Shown: in pieces, positions 26,201 through 40,716 of the stretch
Numbering within the stretch: the stretch's first letter is position 1
How the letters are laid out: each line of letters begins with the position of its first letter
Origin: Auanema rhodensis
Lineage: Eukaryota; Animalia; Nematoda
Length of the DNA: 64,000 bases
Assembly: GCA_964057225.1 (NCBI GenBank)
Contig: OZ059896.1
Location: 19,344,001-19,408,000, forward strand
Reading direction: 5' to 3'
Translations under genes and position numbers: made by a program
The notes under the pieces: model-generated
The model's input: the letters and a program-made list of their open reading frames with translations, nothing else
Databases searched by the model: none
What the model was told of the DNA's origin: nothing

Positions 26201-28431
26201 CGAGGATATAAGTGTGAACTTATATCAGTTGATATCTCGGTGCATTTTTAAGCTAGCGCAAATCTGATAACACAGATCGACGCAGCTTAAAAATCCGCAT
26301 CGAATGCACTATACTACATTGAGAAACGCTTAATACAAAAATTAGTTATGATCGTTTGAAAAATGATGCATTAGTGTATGTTGAGTTTCCATATACACTC
26401 AACATTGCTTCCAAAAACATTTTGACAAAAATTTTTTCGAAAAATTTCAAAATAATTTAGCAAAAAGTAGATGTTTTTAGATTCCTTTTTTCAAGGCAAA
26501 GACGATGGACAATGTTATTCAACGAAAAAATTAATTCTTCAGGGTGAAAATCGAGGATATAAGTGTGAACTTATATCAGTTGATATCTCGGTGCATTTTT
26601 AAGCTAGCGCAAATCTGATAACACAGATCGACGCAGCTTAAAATACCGCATCGAATGCACTATAGTACATGGAGAAACGCTTAATACAAAAATTAGTTAT
26701 GATCGTTTGAAAAATGATGCATTAGTGTATGTTGAGTTTCCATGTACACTCAACATTGCTTCCAAAAACATTTTGACAAAAATTTTTTCGAAAAATTTCA
26801 AAATAATTTAGCAAAGAGTAGATGTTTTTAGATTCCTTTTTTCAAGGCAAAGACGATGGACAATGTTATTCAACGAAAAAATTAATTCTTCAGGGTGAAA
26901 ATCGAGGATATAAGTGTGAACTTATATCAGTTGATATCTCGGTGCATTTTTAAGCTAGCGCAAATCTGATAACACAGATCGACGCAGCTTAAAAATCCGC
27001 ATCGAATGCACTATACTACATTGAGAAACGCTTAATACAAGAATTAGTTATGATCGTTTGAAAAATGATGCATTAGTGTATGTTGAGTTTCCATGTACAC
27101 TCAACATTGCTTCCAAAAACATTTTGACAAAAATTTTTTCGAAAAATTTCAAAATAATTTAGCAAAAAGTAGATGTTTTTAGATTCCTTTTTTCAAGGCA
27201 AAGACGATGGACAATGTTATTCAACGAAAAAATTAATTCTTTAGGGTGAAAATCGAGGATATAAGTGTGAACTTATATCAGTTGATATCTCGGTGCATTT
27301 TTAAGCTAGCGCAAATCTGATAACACAGATCGACGCAGCTTAAAAATCCGCATCGAATGCACTATACTACATTAAGAAACGCTTAATACAAAAATTAGTT
27401 ATGATCGTTTGAAAAATGATGCATTAGTGTATGTTGAGTTTCCATGTACACTCAACATTGCTTCCAAAAACATTTTGACAAAAATTTTTTCGAAAAATTT
27501 CAAAATAATTTAGCAAAAAGTAGATGTTTTTAGATTCCTTTTTTCAAGGCAAAGACGATGGACAATGTTATTCAACGAAAAAATTAATTCTTCAGGGTGA
27601 AAATCGAGGATATAAGTGTGAACTTATATCAGTTGATATCTCGGTGCATTTTTAAGCTAGCGCAAATCTGATAACACAGATCGACGCAGCTTAAAAATCC
27701 GCATCGAATGCACTATACTACATTGAGAAACGCTTAATACAAAAATTAGTTATGATCGTTTGAAAAATGATGCATTAGTGTATGTTGAGTTTCCATATAC
27801 ACTCAACATTGCTTCCAAAAACATTTTGACAAAAATTTTTTCGAAAAATTTCAAAATAATTTAGCAAAAAGTAGATGTTTTTAGATTCCTTTTTTCAAGG
27901 CAAAGACGATGGACAATGTTATTCAACGAAAAAATTAATTCTTCAGGGTGAAAATCGAGGATATAAGTGTGAACTTATATCAGTTGATATCTCGGTGCAT
28001 TTTTAAGCTAGCGCAAATCTGATAACACAGATCGACGCAGCTTAAAATACCGCATCGAATGCACTATAGTACATGGAGAAACGCTTAATACAAAAATTAG
28101 TTATGATCGTTTGAAAAATGATGCATTAGTGTATGTTGAGTTTCCATGTACACTCAACATTGCTTCCAAAAACATTTTGACAAAAATTTTTTCGAAAAAT
28201 TTCAAAATAATTTAGCAAAGAGTAGATGTTTTTAGATTCCTTTTTTCAAGGCAAAGACGATGGACAATGTTATTCAACGAAAAAATTAATTCTTCAGGGT
28301 GAAAATCGAGGATATAAGTGTGAACTTATATCAGTTGATATCTCGGTGCATTTTTAAGCTAGCGCAAATCTGATAACACAGATCGACGCAGCTTAAAAAT
28401 CCGCATCGAATGCACTATACTACATTGAGAA
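5266..28431. repeat. Domain dominated by an imperfect 702-bp dimeric higher-order repeat (A/B monomer alternation)
   Basis: A-type monomers (pos68 A, 319-320 TA, 340 G, 346 G) are usually followed by B-type monomers (pos140 G), e.g. units 25/26, 27/28, 44-47, 52-55, 58-61, 74-77 and 80/81. The pattern is interrupted by pos14G/215T/347A monomers. Confidence 0.8.
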
Positions 28432-31400
28432 ACGCTTAATACAAGAATTAGTTATGATCGTTTGAAAAATGATGCATTAGTGTATGTTGAGTTTCCATGT
28501 ACACTCAACATTGCTTCCAAAAACATTTTGACAAAAATTTTTTCGAAAAATTTCAAAATAATTTAGCAAAAAGTAGATGTTTTTAGATTCCTTTTTTCAA
28601 GGCAAAGACGATACACAATGTTATTCAACGAAAAAATTAATTCTTTAGGGTGAAAATCGAGGATATAAGTGTGAACTTATATCAGTTGATATCTCGGTGC
28701 ATTTTTAAGCTAGCGCAAATCTGATAACACAGATCGACGCAGCTTAAAAATCCGCATCGAATGCACTATACTACATTAAGAAACGCTTAATACAAAAATT
28801 AGTTATGATCGTTTGAAAAATGATGCATTAGTGTATGTTGAGTTTCCATGTACACTCAACATTGCTTCCAAAAACATTTTGACAAAAATTTTTTCGAAAA
28901 ATTTCAAAATAATTTAGCAAAAAGTAGATGTTTTTAGATTCCTTTTTTCAAGGCAAAGACGATGGACAATGTTATTCAACGAAAAAATTAATTCTTCAGG
29001 GTGAAAATCGAGGATATAAGTGTGAACTTATATCAGTTGATATCTCGGTGCATTTTTAAGCTAGCGCAAATCTGATAACACAGATCGACGCAGCTTAAAA
29101 ATCCGCATCGAATGCACTATACTACATTGAGAAACGCTTAATACAAGAATTAGTTATGATCGTTTGAAAAATGATGCATTAGTGTATGTTGAGTTTCCAT
29201 GTACACTCAACATTGCTTCCAAAAACATTTTGACAAAAATTTTTTCGAAAAATTTCAAAATAATTTAGCAAAAAGTAGATGTTTTTGGATTCCTTTTTTC
29301 AAGGCAAAGACGATGGACAATGTTATTCAACGAAAAAATTAATTCTTCAGGGTGAAAATCGAGGATATAAGTGTGAACTTATATCAGTTGATATCTCGGT
29401 GCATTTTTAAGCTAGCGCAAATCTGATAACACAGATCGACGCAGCTTAAAATACCGCATCGAATGCACTATTCTACATGGAGAAACGCTTAATACAAAAA
29501 TTAGTTATGATCGTTTGAAAAATGATGCATTAGTGTATGTTGAGTTTCCATGTACACTCAACATTGCTTCCAAAAACATTTTGACAAAAATTTTTTCGAA
29601 AAATTTCAAAATAATTTAGCAAAAAGTAGATGTTTTTAGATTCCTTTTTTCAAGGCAAAGACGATGGACAATGTTATTCAACGAAAAAATTAATTCTTCA
29701 GGGTGAAAATCGAGGATATAAGTGTGAACTTATATCAGTTGATATCTCGGTGCATTTTTAAGCTAGCGCAAATCTGATAACACAGATCGACGCAGCTTAA
29801 AAATCCGCATCGAATGCACTATACTACATTGAGAAACGCTTAATACAAGAATTAGTTATGATCGTTTGAAAAATGATGCATTAGTGTATGTTGAGTTTCC
29901 ATGTACACTCAACATTGCTTCCAAAAACATTTTGACAAAAATTTTTTCGAAAAATTTCAAAATAATTTAGCAAAAAGTAGATGTTTTTGGATTCCTTTTT
30001 TCAAGGCAAAGACGATGGACAATGTTATTCAACGAAAAAATTAATTCTTCAGGGTGAAAATCGAGGATATAAGTGTGAACTTATATCAGTTGATATATCG
30101 GTGCATTTTTAAGCTAGCGCAAATCTGATAACACAGATCGACGCAGCTTAAAATACCGCATCGAATGCACTATACTACATGGAGAAACGCTTAATACAAA
30201 AATTAGTTATGATCGTTTGAAAAATGATGCATTAGTGTATGTTGAGTTTCCATGTACACTCAACATTGCTTCCAAAAACATTTTGACAAAAATTTTTTCG
30301 AAAAATTTCAAAATAATTTAGCAAAAAGTAGATGTTTTTAGATTCCTTTTTTCAAGGCAAAGACGATGGACAATGTTATTCAACGAAAAAATTAATTCTT
30401 CAGGGTGAAAATCGAGGATATAAGTGTGAACTTATATCAGTTGATATCTCGGTGCATTTTTAAGCTAGCGCAAATCTGATAACACAGATCGACGCAGCTT
30501 AAAAATCCGCATCGAATGCACTATACTACATTAAGAAACGCTTAATACAAAAATTAGTTATGATCGTTTGAAAAATGATGCATTAGTGTATGTTGAGTTT
30601 CCATGTACACTCAACATTGCTTCCAAAAACATTTTGACAAAAATTTTTTCGAAAAATTTCAAAATAATTTAGCAAAAAGTAGATGTTTTTGGATTCCTTT
30701 TTTCAAGGCAAAGACGATGGACAATGTTATTCAACGAAAAAATTAATTCTTCAGGGTGAAAATCGAGGATATAAGTGTGAACTTATATCAGTTGATATCT
30801 CGGTGCATTTTTAAGCTAGCGCAAATCTGATAACACAGATCGACGCAGCTTAAAAATCCGCATCGAATGCACTATACTACATTGAGAAACGCTTAATACA
30901 AGAATTAGTTATGATCGTTTGAAAAATGATGCATTAGTGTATGTTGAGTTTCCATGTACACTCAACATTGCTTCCAAAAACATTTTGACAAAAATTTTTT
31001 CGAAAAATTTCAAAATAATTTAGCAAAAAGTAGATGTTTTTAGATTCCTTTTTTCAAGGCAAAGACGATGGACAATGTTATTCAACGAAAAAATTAATTC
31101 TTTAGGGTGAAAATCGAGGATATAAGTGTGAACTTATATCAGTTGATATCTCGGTGCATTTTTAAGCTAGCGCAAATCTGATAACACAGATCGACGCAGC
31201 TTAAAAATCCGCATCGAATGCACTATACTACATTAAGAAACGCTTAATACAAAAATTAGTTATGATCGTTTGAAAAATGATGCATTAGTGTATGTTGAGT
31301 TTCCATGTACACTCAACATTGCTTCCAAAAACATTTTGACAAAAATTTTTTCGAAAAATATCAAAATAATTTAGCAAAAAGTAGATGTTTTTAGATTCCT

Positions 31401-32994
31401 TTTTTCAAGGCAAAGACGATGGACAATGTTATTCAACGAAAAAATTAATTCTTCAGGGTGAAAATCGAGGATATAAGTGTGAACTTATATCAGTTGATAT
31501 CTCGGTGCATTTTTAAGCTAGCGCAAATCTGATAACACAGATCGACGCAGCTTAAAAATCCGCATCGAATGCACTATACTACATTGAGAAACGCTTAATA
31601 CAAGAATTAGTTATGATCGTTTGAAAAATGATGCATTAGTGTATGTTGAGTTTCCATGTACACTCAACATTGCTTCCAAAAACATTTTGACAAAAATTTT
31701 TTCGAAAAATTTCAAAATAATTTAGCAAAAAGTAGATGTTTTTGGATTCCTTTTTTCAAGGCAAAGACGATGGACAATGTTATTCAACGAAAAAATTAAT
31801 TCTTCAGGGTGAAAATCGAGGATATAAGTGTGAACTTATATCAGTTGATATCTCGGTGCATTTTTAAGCTAGCGCAAATCTGATAACACAGATCGACGCA
31901 GCTTAAAATACCGCATCGGATGCACTATTCTACATGGAGAAACGCTTAATACAAAAATTAGTTATGATCGTTTGAAAAATGATGCATTAGTGTATGTTGA
32001 GTTTCCATGTACACTCAACATTGCTTCCAAAAACATTTTGACAAAAATTTTTTCGAAAAATTTCAAAATAATTTAGCAAAAAGTAGATGTTTTTAGATTC
32101 CTTCTTTCAAGGCAAAGACGATGGACAATGTTATTCAACGAAAAAATTAATTCTTCAGGGTGAAAATCGAGGATATAAGTGTGAACTTATATCAGTTGAT
32201 ATCTCGGTGCATTTTTAAGCTAGCGCAAATCTGATAACACAGATCGACGCAGCTTAAAAATCCGCATCGAATGCACTATACTACATTGAGAAACGCTTAA
32301 TACAAGAATTAGTTATGATCGTTTGAAAAATGATGCATTAGTGTATGTTGAGTTTCCATGTACACTCAACATTGCTTCCAAAAACATTTTGACAAAAATT
32401 TTTTCGAAAAATTTCAAAATAATTTAGCAAAAAGTAGATGTTTTTAGATTCCTTCTTTCAAGGCAAAGACGATGGACAATGTTATTCAACGAAAAAATTA
32501 ATTCTTCAGGGTGAAAATCGAGGATATAAGTGTGAACTTATATCAGTTGATATCTCGGTGCATTTTTAAGCTAGCGCAAATCTGATAACACAGATCGACG
32601 CAGCTTAAAAATCCGCATCGAATGCACTATACTACATTAAGAAACGCTTAATACAAAAATTAGTTATGATCGTTTGAAAAATGATGCATTAGTGTATGTT
32701 GAGTTTCCATGTACACTCAACATTGCTTCCAAAAACATTTTGACAAAAATTTTTTCGAAAAATTTCAAAATAATTTAGCAAAAAGTAGATGTTTTTGGAT
32801 TCCTTTTTTCAAGGCAAAGACGATGGACAATGTTATTCAACGAAAAAATTAATTCTTCAGGGTGAAAATCGAGGATATAAGTGTGAACTTATATCAGTTG
32901 ATATCTCGGTGCATTTTTAAGCTAGCGCAAATCTGATAACACAGATCGACGCAGCTTAAAAATCCGCATCGAATGCACTATACTACATTGAGAA

Positions 32995-35900
32995 ACGCTT
33001 AATACAAGAATTAGTTATGATCGTTTGAAAAATGATGCATTAGTGTATGTTGAGTTTCCATGTACACTCAACATTGCTTCCAAAAACATTTTGACAAAAA
33101 TTTTTTCGAAAAATTTCAAAATAATTTAGCAAAAAGTAGATGTTTTTAGATTCCTTTTTTCAAGGCAAAGACGATGGACAATGTTATTCAACGAAAAAAT
33201 TAATTCTTTAGGGTGAAAATCGAGGATATAAGTGTGAACTTATATCAGTTGATATCTCGGTGCATTTTTAAGCTAGCGCAAATCTGATAACACAGATCGA
33301 CGCAGCTTAAAAATCCGCATCGAATGCACTATACTACATTAAGAAACGCTGAATACAAAAATTAGTTATGATCGTTTGAAAAATGATGCATTAGTGTATG
33401 TTGAGTTTCCATGTACACTCAACATTGCTTCCAAAAACATTTTGACAAAAATTTTTTCGAAAAATTTCAAAATAATTTAGCAAAAAGTAGATGTTTTTAG
33501 ATTCCTTTTTTCAAGGCAAAGACGATGGACAATGTTATTCAACAAAAAAATTAATTCTTCAGGGTGAAAATCGAGGATATAAGTGTAAACTTATATCAGT
33601 TGATATCTCGGTGCATTTTTAAGCTAGCGCAAATCTGATAACACAGATCGACGCAGCTTAAAAATCCGCATCGAATGCACTATACTACATTAAGAAACGC
33701 TTAATACAAAAATTAGTTATGATCGTTTGAAAAATGATGCATTAGTGTATGTTGAGTTTCCATGTACACTCAACATTGCTTCCAAAAACATTTTGACAAA
33801 AATTTTTTCGAAAAATTTCAAAATAATTTAGCAAAAAGTAGATGTTTTTGGATTCCTTTTTTCAAGGCAAAGACGATGGACAATGTTATTCAACGAAAAA
33901 ATTAATTCTTCAGGGTGAAAATCGAGGATATAAGTGTAAACTTATATCAGTTGATATCTCGGTGCATTTTTAAGCTAGCGCAAATCTGATAACACAGATC
34001 GACGCAGCTTAAAATACCGCATCGAATGCACTATACTACATGGAGAAACGCTTAATACAAAAATTAGTTATGATCGTTTGAAAAATGATGCATTAGTGTA
34101 TGTTGAGTTTCCATGTACACTCAACATTGCTTCCAAAAACATTTTGACAAAAATTTTTTCGAAAAATTTCAAAATAATTTAGCAAAAAGTAGATGTTTTT
34201 AGATTTCTTTTTTCAAGGCAAAGACGATGGACAATGTTATTCAACGAAAAAATTAATTCTTCAGGGTGAAAATCGAGGATATAAGTGTAAACTTATATCA
34301 GTTGATATCTCGGTGCATTTTTAAGCTAGCGCAAATCTGATAACACAGATCGACGCAGCTTAAAATACCGCATCGAATGCACTATACTACATGGAGAAAC
34401 GCTTAATACAAAAATTAGTTATGATCGTTTGAAAAATGATGCATTAGTGTATGTTGAGTTTCCATGTACACTCAACATTGCTTCCAAAAACATTTTGACA
34501 AAAATTTTTTCGAAAAATTTCAAAATAATTTAGCAAAAAGTAGATGTTTTTAGATTCTATTTTTCAAGGCAAAGACGATGGACAATGTTATTCAACGAAA
34601 AAATTAATTCTTCAGGGTGAAAATCGAGGATATAAGTGTGAACTTATATCAGTTGATATCTCGGTGCATTTTTAAGCTAGCGCAAATCTGATAACACAGA
34701 TCGACGCAGCTTAAAAATCCGCATCGAATGCACTATACTACATTGAGAAACGCTTAATACAAGAATTAGTTATGATCGTTTGAAAAATGATGCATTAGTG
34801 TATGTTGAGTTTCCATGTACACTCAACATTGCTTCCAAAAACATTTTGACAAAAATTTTTTCGAAAAATTTCAAAATAATTTAGCAAAAAGTAGATGTTT
34901 TTAGATTCCTTTTTTCAAGGCAAAGACGATGGACAATGTTATTCAACGAAAAAATTAATTCTTTAGGGTGAAAATCGAGGATATAAGTGTGAACTTATAT
35001 CAGTTGATATCTCGGTGCATTTTTAAGCTAGCGCAAATCTGATAACACAGATCGACGCAGCTTAAAAATCCGCATCGAATGCACTATACTACATTAAGAA
35101 ACGCTGAATACAAAAATTAGTTATGATCGTTTGAAAAATGATGCATTAGTGTATGTTGAGTTTCCATGTACACTCAACATTGCTTCCAAAAACATTTTGA
35201 CAAAAATTTTTTCGAAAAATTTCAAAATAATTTAGCAAAAAGTAGATGTTTTTAGATTCCTTTTTTCAAGGCAAAGACGATGGACAATGTTATTCAACAA
35301 AAAAATTAATTCTTCAGGGTGAAAATCGAGGATATAAGTGTAAACTTATATCAGTTGATATCTCGGTGCATTTTTAAGCTAGCGCAAATCTGATAACACA
35401 GATCGACGCAGCTTAAAAATCCGCATCGAATGCACTATACTACATTAAGAAACGCTTAATACAAAAATTAGTTATGATCGTTTGAAAAATGATGCATTAG
35501 TGTATGTTGAGTTTCCATGTACACTCAACATTGCTTCCAAAAACATTTTGACAAAAATTTTTTCGAAAAATTTCAAAATAATTTAGCAAAAAGTAGATGT
35601 TTTTGGATTCCTTTTTTCAAGGCAAAGACGATGGACAATGTTATTCAACGAAAAAATTAATTCTTCAGGGTGAAAATCGAGGATATAAGTGTAAACTTAT
35701 ATCAGTTGATATCTCGGTGCATTTTTAAGCTAGCGCAAATCTGATAACACAGATCGACGCAGCTTAAAATACCGCATCGAATGCACTATACTACATGGAG
35801 AAACGCTTAATACAAAAATTAGTTATGATCGTTTGAAAAATGATGCATTAGTGTATGTTGAGTTTCCATGTACACTCAACATTGCTTCCAAAAACATTTT

Positions 35901-36504
35901 GACAAAAATTTTTTCGAAAAATTTCAAAATAATTTAGCAAAAAGTAGATGTTTTTAGATTTCTTTTTTCAAGGCAAAGACGATGGACAATGTTATTCAAC
36001 GAAAAAATTAATTCTTCAGGGTGAAAATCGAGGATATAAGTGTAAACTTATATCAGTTGATATCTCGGTGCATTTTTAAGCTAGCGCAAATCTGATAACA
36101 CAGATCGACGCAGCTTAAAATACCGCATCGAATGCACTATACTACATGGAGAAACGCTTAATACAAAAATTAGTTATGATCGTTTGAAAAATGATGCATT
36201 AGTGTATGTTGAGTTTCCATGTACACTCAACATTGCTTCCAAAAACATTTTGACAAAAATTTTTTCGAAAAATTTCAAAATAATTTAGCAAAAAGTAGAT
36301 GTTTTTAGATTCTATTTTTCAAGGCAAAGACGATGGACAATGTTATTCAACGAAAAAATTAATTCTTCAGGGTGAAAATCGAGGATATAAGTGTGAACTT
36401 ATATCAGTTGATATCTCGGTGCATTTTTAAGCTAGCGCAAATCTGATAACACAGATCGACGCAGCTTAAAATACCGCATCGAATGCACTATACTACATGG
36501 AGAA
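32995..36504. repeat. Local 5-monomer (1755-bp) higher-order repeat, 2 copies
   Basis: The gctgaat variant is at 33351 and 35106. The ttctatt, atttctt, caacaaa and gtgtaaac variants repeat at the same 1755-bp offset. Confidence 0.9.
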
Positions 36505-39500
36505 ACGCTTAATACAAAAATTAGTTATGATCGTTTGAAAAATGATGCATTAGTGTATGTTGAGTTTCCATGTACACTCAACATTGCTTCCAAAAACATT
36601 TAGACAAAAATTTTTTCGAAAAATTTCAAAATAATTTAGCAAAAAGTAGATGTTTTTAGATTCCTTTTTTCAAGGCAAAGACGATGGACAATGTTATTCA
36701 ACGAAAAAATTAATTCTTCAGGGTGAAAATCGAGGATATAAGTGTGAACTTATATCAGTTGATATCTCGGTGCATTTTTAAGCTAGCGCAAATCTGATAA
36801 CACAGATCGACGCAGCTTAAAACACCGCATCGAATGCACTATACTACATTGAGAAACGCTTAATACAAGAATTAGTTATGATCGTTTGAAAAATGATGCA
36901 TTAGTGTATGTTGAGTTTCCATGTACACTCAACATTGCTTCCAAAAACATTTTGACAAAAAGTTTTTCGAAAAATTTCAAAATAATTTAGCAAAAAGTAG
37001 ATGTTTTTGGATTCCTTTTTTCAAGGCAAAGACGATGGACAATGTTATTCAACGAAAAAATTAATTCTTTAGGGTGAAAATCGAGGATATAAGTGTGAAC
37101 TTATATCAGTTGATATCTCGGTGCATTTTTAAGCTAGCGCAAATCTGATAACACAGATCGACGCAGCTTAAAAATCCGCATCGAATGCACTATACTACAT
37201 TTAGAAACGCTTAATACAAAAATTAGTTATGATCGTTTGAAAAATGATGCATTAGTGTATGTTGAGTTTCCATGTACACTCAACATTGCTTCCAAAAACA
37301 TTTTGACAAAAATTTTTTCGAAAAATTTCAAAATAATTTAGCAAAAAGTAGATGTTTTTAGATTCCTTTTTTCAAGGCAAAGACGATGGACAATGTTATT
37401 CAACGAAAAAATTAATTCTTCAGGGTGAAAATCGAGGATATAAGTGTGAACATATATCAGTTGATATATCGGTGCATTTTTAAGCTAGCGCAAATCTGAT
37501 AACACAGATCGACGCAGCTTAAAATACCGCATCGAATGCACTATACTACATTGAGAAACGCTTAATACAAAAATTAGTTATGATCGTTTGAAAAATGATG
37601 CATTAGTGTATGTTGAGTTTCCATGTACACTCAACATTGCTTCCAAAAACATTTTGACAAAAATTTTTTCGAAAAATTTCAAAATAATTTAGCAAAAAGT
37701 AGATGTTTTTAGATTCCTTTTTTCAAGGCAAAGACGATGGACAATGTTATTCGACGAAAAAATTAATTCTTTAGGGTGAAAATCGAGGATATAAGTGTGA
37801 ACTTATATCAGTTGATATCTCGGTGCATTTTTAAGCTAGCGCAAATCTGATAACACAGATCGACGCAGCTTAAAAATCCGCATCGAATGCACTATACTAC
37901 AATGAGAAACGCTTAATACAAGAATTAGTTATGATCGTTTGAGAAATGATGCATTAGTGTATGTTGAGTTTCCATGTACACTCAACATTGCTTCCAAAAA
38001 CATTTTGACAAAAAGTTTTTCGAAAAATTTCAAAATAATTTAGCAAAAAGTAGATGTTTTTGGATTCCTTTTTTCAAGGCAAAGACGATGGACAATGTTA
38101 TTCAACGAAAAAATTAATTCTTTAGGGTGAAAATCGAGGATATAAGTGTGAACTTATATCAGTTGATATCTCGGTGCATTTTTAAGCTAGCGCAAATCTG
38201 ATAACACAGATCGACGCAGCTTAAAAATCCGAATCGAATGCACTATACTACATTGAGAAACGCTTAATACAAAAATTAGTTATGATCGTTTGAAAAATGA
38301 TGCATTAGTGTATGTTGAGTTTCCATGTACACTCAACATTGCTTCCAAAAACATTTTGACAAAAATTTTTTCGAAAAATTTCAAAATAATTTAGCAAAAA
38401 GTAGATGTTTTTAGATTCCTTTTTTCAAGGCAAAGACGATGGACAATGTTATTCAACGAAAAAATTAATTCTTCAGGGTGAAAATCGAGGATATAAGTGT
38501 GAACATATATCAGTTGATATATCGGTGCATTTTTAAGCTAGCGCAAATCTGATAACACAGATCGACGCAGCTTAAAATACCGCATCGAATGCACTATACT
38601 ACATTTAGAAACGCTTAATACAAAAATTAGTTATGATCGTTTGAAAAATGATGCATTAGTGTATGTTGAGTTTCCATGTACACTCAACATTGCTTCCAAA
38701 AACATTTAGACAAAAATTTTTTCGAAAAATTTCAAAATAATTTAGCAAAAAGTAGATGTTTTTAGATTCCTTTTTTCAAGGCAAAGACGATGGACAATGT
38801 TATTCAACGAAAAAATTAATTCTTCAGGGTGAAAATCGAGGATATAAGTGTGAACTTATATCAGTTGATATCTCGGTGCATTTTTAAGCTAGCGCAAATC
38901 TGATAACACAGATCGACGCAGCTTAAAACACCGCATCGAATGCACTATACTACACTGAGAAACGCTTAATACAAGAATTAGTTATGATCGTTTGAAAAAT
39001 GATGCATTAGTGTATGTTGAGTTTCCATGTACACTCAACATTGCTTCCAAAAACATTTTGACAAAAAGTTTTTCGAAAAATTTCAAAATAATTTAGCAAA
39101 AAGTAGATGTTTTTGGATTCCTTTTTTCAAGGCAAAGACGATGGACAATGTTATTCAACGAAAAAATTAATTCTTTAGGGTGAAAATCGAGGATATAAGT
39201 GTGAACTTATATCAGTTGATATCTCGGTGCATTTTTAAGCTAGCGCAAATCTGATAACACAGATCGACGCAGCTTAAAAATCCGCATCGAATGCACTATA
39301 CTACATTAAAAAACGCTTAATACAAAAATTAGTTATGATCGTTTGAAAAATGATGCATTAGTGTATGTTGAGTTTCCATGTACACTCAACATTGCTTCCA
39401 AAAACATTTTGACAAAAATTTTTTCGAAAAATTTCAAAATAATTTAGCAAAAAGTAGATGTTTTTAGATTCCTTTTTTCAAGGCAAAGACGATGGACAAT

Positions 39501-40716
39501 GTTATTCAACGAAAAAATTAATTCTTCAGGGTGAAAATCGAGGATATAAGTGTGAACATATATCAGTTGATATATCGGTGCATTTTCAAGCTAGCGCAAA
39601 TCTGATAACACAGATCGACGCAGCTTAAAATACCGCATCGAATGCACTATACTACATTGAGAAACGCTTAATACAAAAATTAGTTATGATCGTTTGAAAA
39701 ATGATGCATTAGTGTATGTTGAGTTTCCATGTACACTCAACATTGCTTCCAAAAACATTTTGACAAAAATTTTTTCGAAAAATTTCAAAATAATTTAGCA
39801 AAAAGTAGATGTTTTTAGATTCCTTTTTTCAAGGCAAAGACGATGGACAATGTTATTCGACGAAAAAATTAATTCTTTAGGGTGAAAATCGAGGATATAA
39901 GTGTGAACTTATATCAGTTGATATCTCGGTGCATTTTTAAGCTAGCGCAAATCTGATAACACAGATCGACGCAGCTTAAAAATCCGCATCGAATGCACTA
40001 TACTACATTGAAAAACGCTTAATACAAAAATTAGTTATGATCGTTTGAAAAATGATGCATTAGTGTATGTTGAGTTTCCATGTACACTCAACATTGCTTC
40101 CAAAAACATTTTGACAAAAATTTTTTCGAAAAATTTCTAAATAATTTAGCAAAAAGTAGATATTTTTAGATTCCTTTTTTCAAGGCAAAGACGATGGACA
40201 ATGTTATTAAACGAAAAAAATAATTCTTTAGGGTGAAAATCGAGGATATAAGTGTGAACATATATCAGTTGATATCTCGGTGCATTTTTAAGCTAGCGCA
40301 AATCTGATAACACAGATCGACGCAGCTTAAAAATCCGCATCGAATGCACTATACTACATTGAGAAACGCTTAACACAAAAATTAGTTATGATCGTTTGAA
40401 AAATGATGCATTAGTGTATGTTGAGTTTCCATGTACACTCAACATTGCTTCCAAAAACATTTTGACAAAAATTTTTTCGAAAAATTTCAAAATAATTTAG
40501 CAAAAAGTAGATGTTTTTAGATTCCTTTTTTCAAGGCAAAGACGATGGACAATGTTATTCAACGAAAAAATTAATTCTTCAGGGTGAAAATCGAGGATAT
40601 AAGTGTGAACATATATCAGTTGATATATCGGTGCATTTTTAAGCTAGCGCAAATCTGATAACACAGATCGACGCAGCTTAAAATACCGCATCGAATGCAC
40701 TATACTACATTGAGAA
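36505..40716. repeat. Local trimeric (1053-bp) higher-order repeat nested in a hexamer (2106 bp)
   Basis: 246A+262A in units 107, 110, 113, 116; 107G+154G+14G in units 106, 109, 112; 98A in units 105 and 111; 196G in units 108 and 114. Confidence 0.85.
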
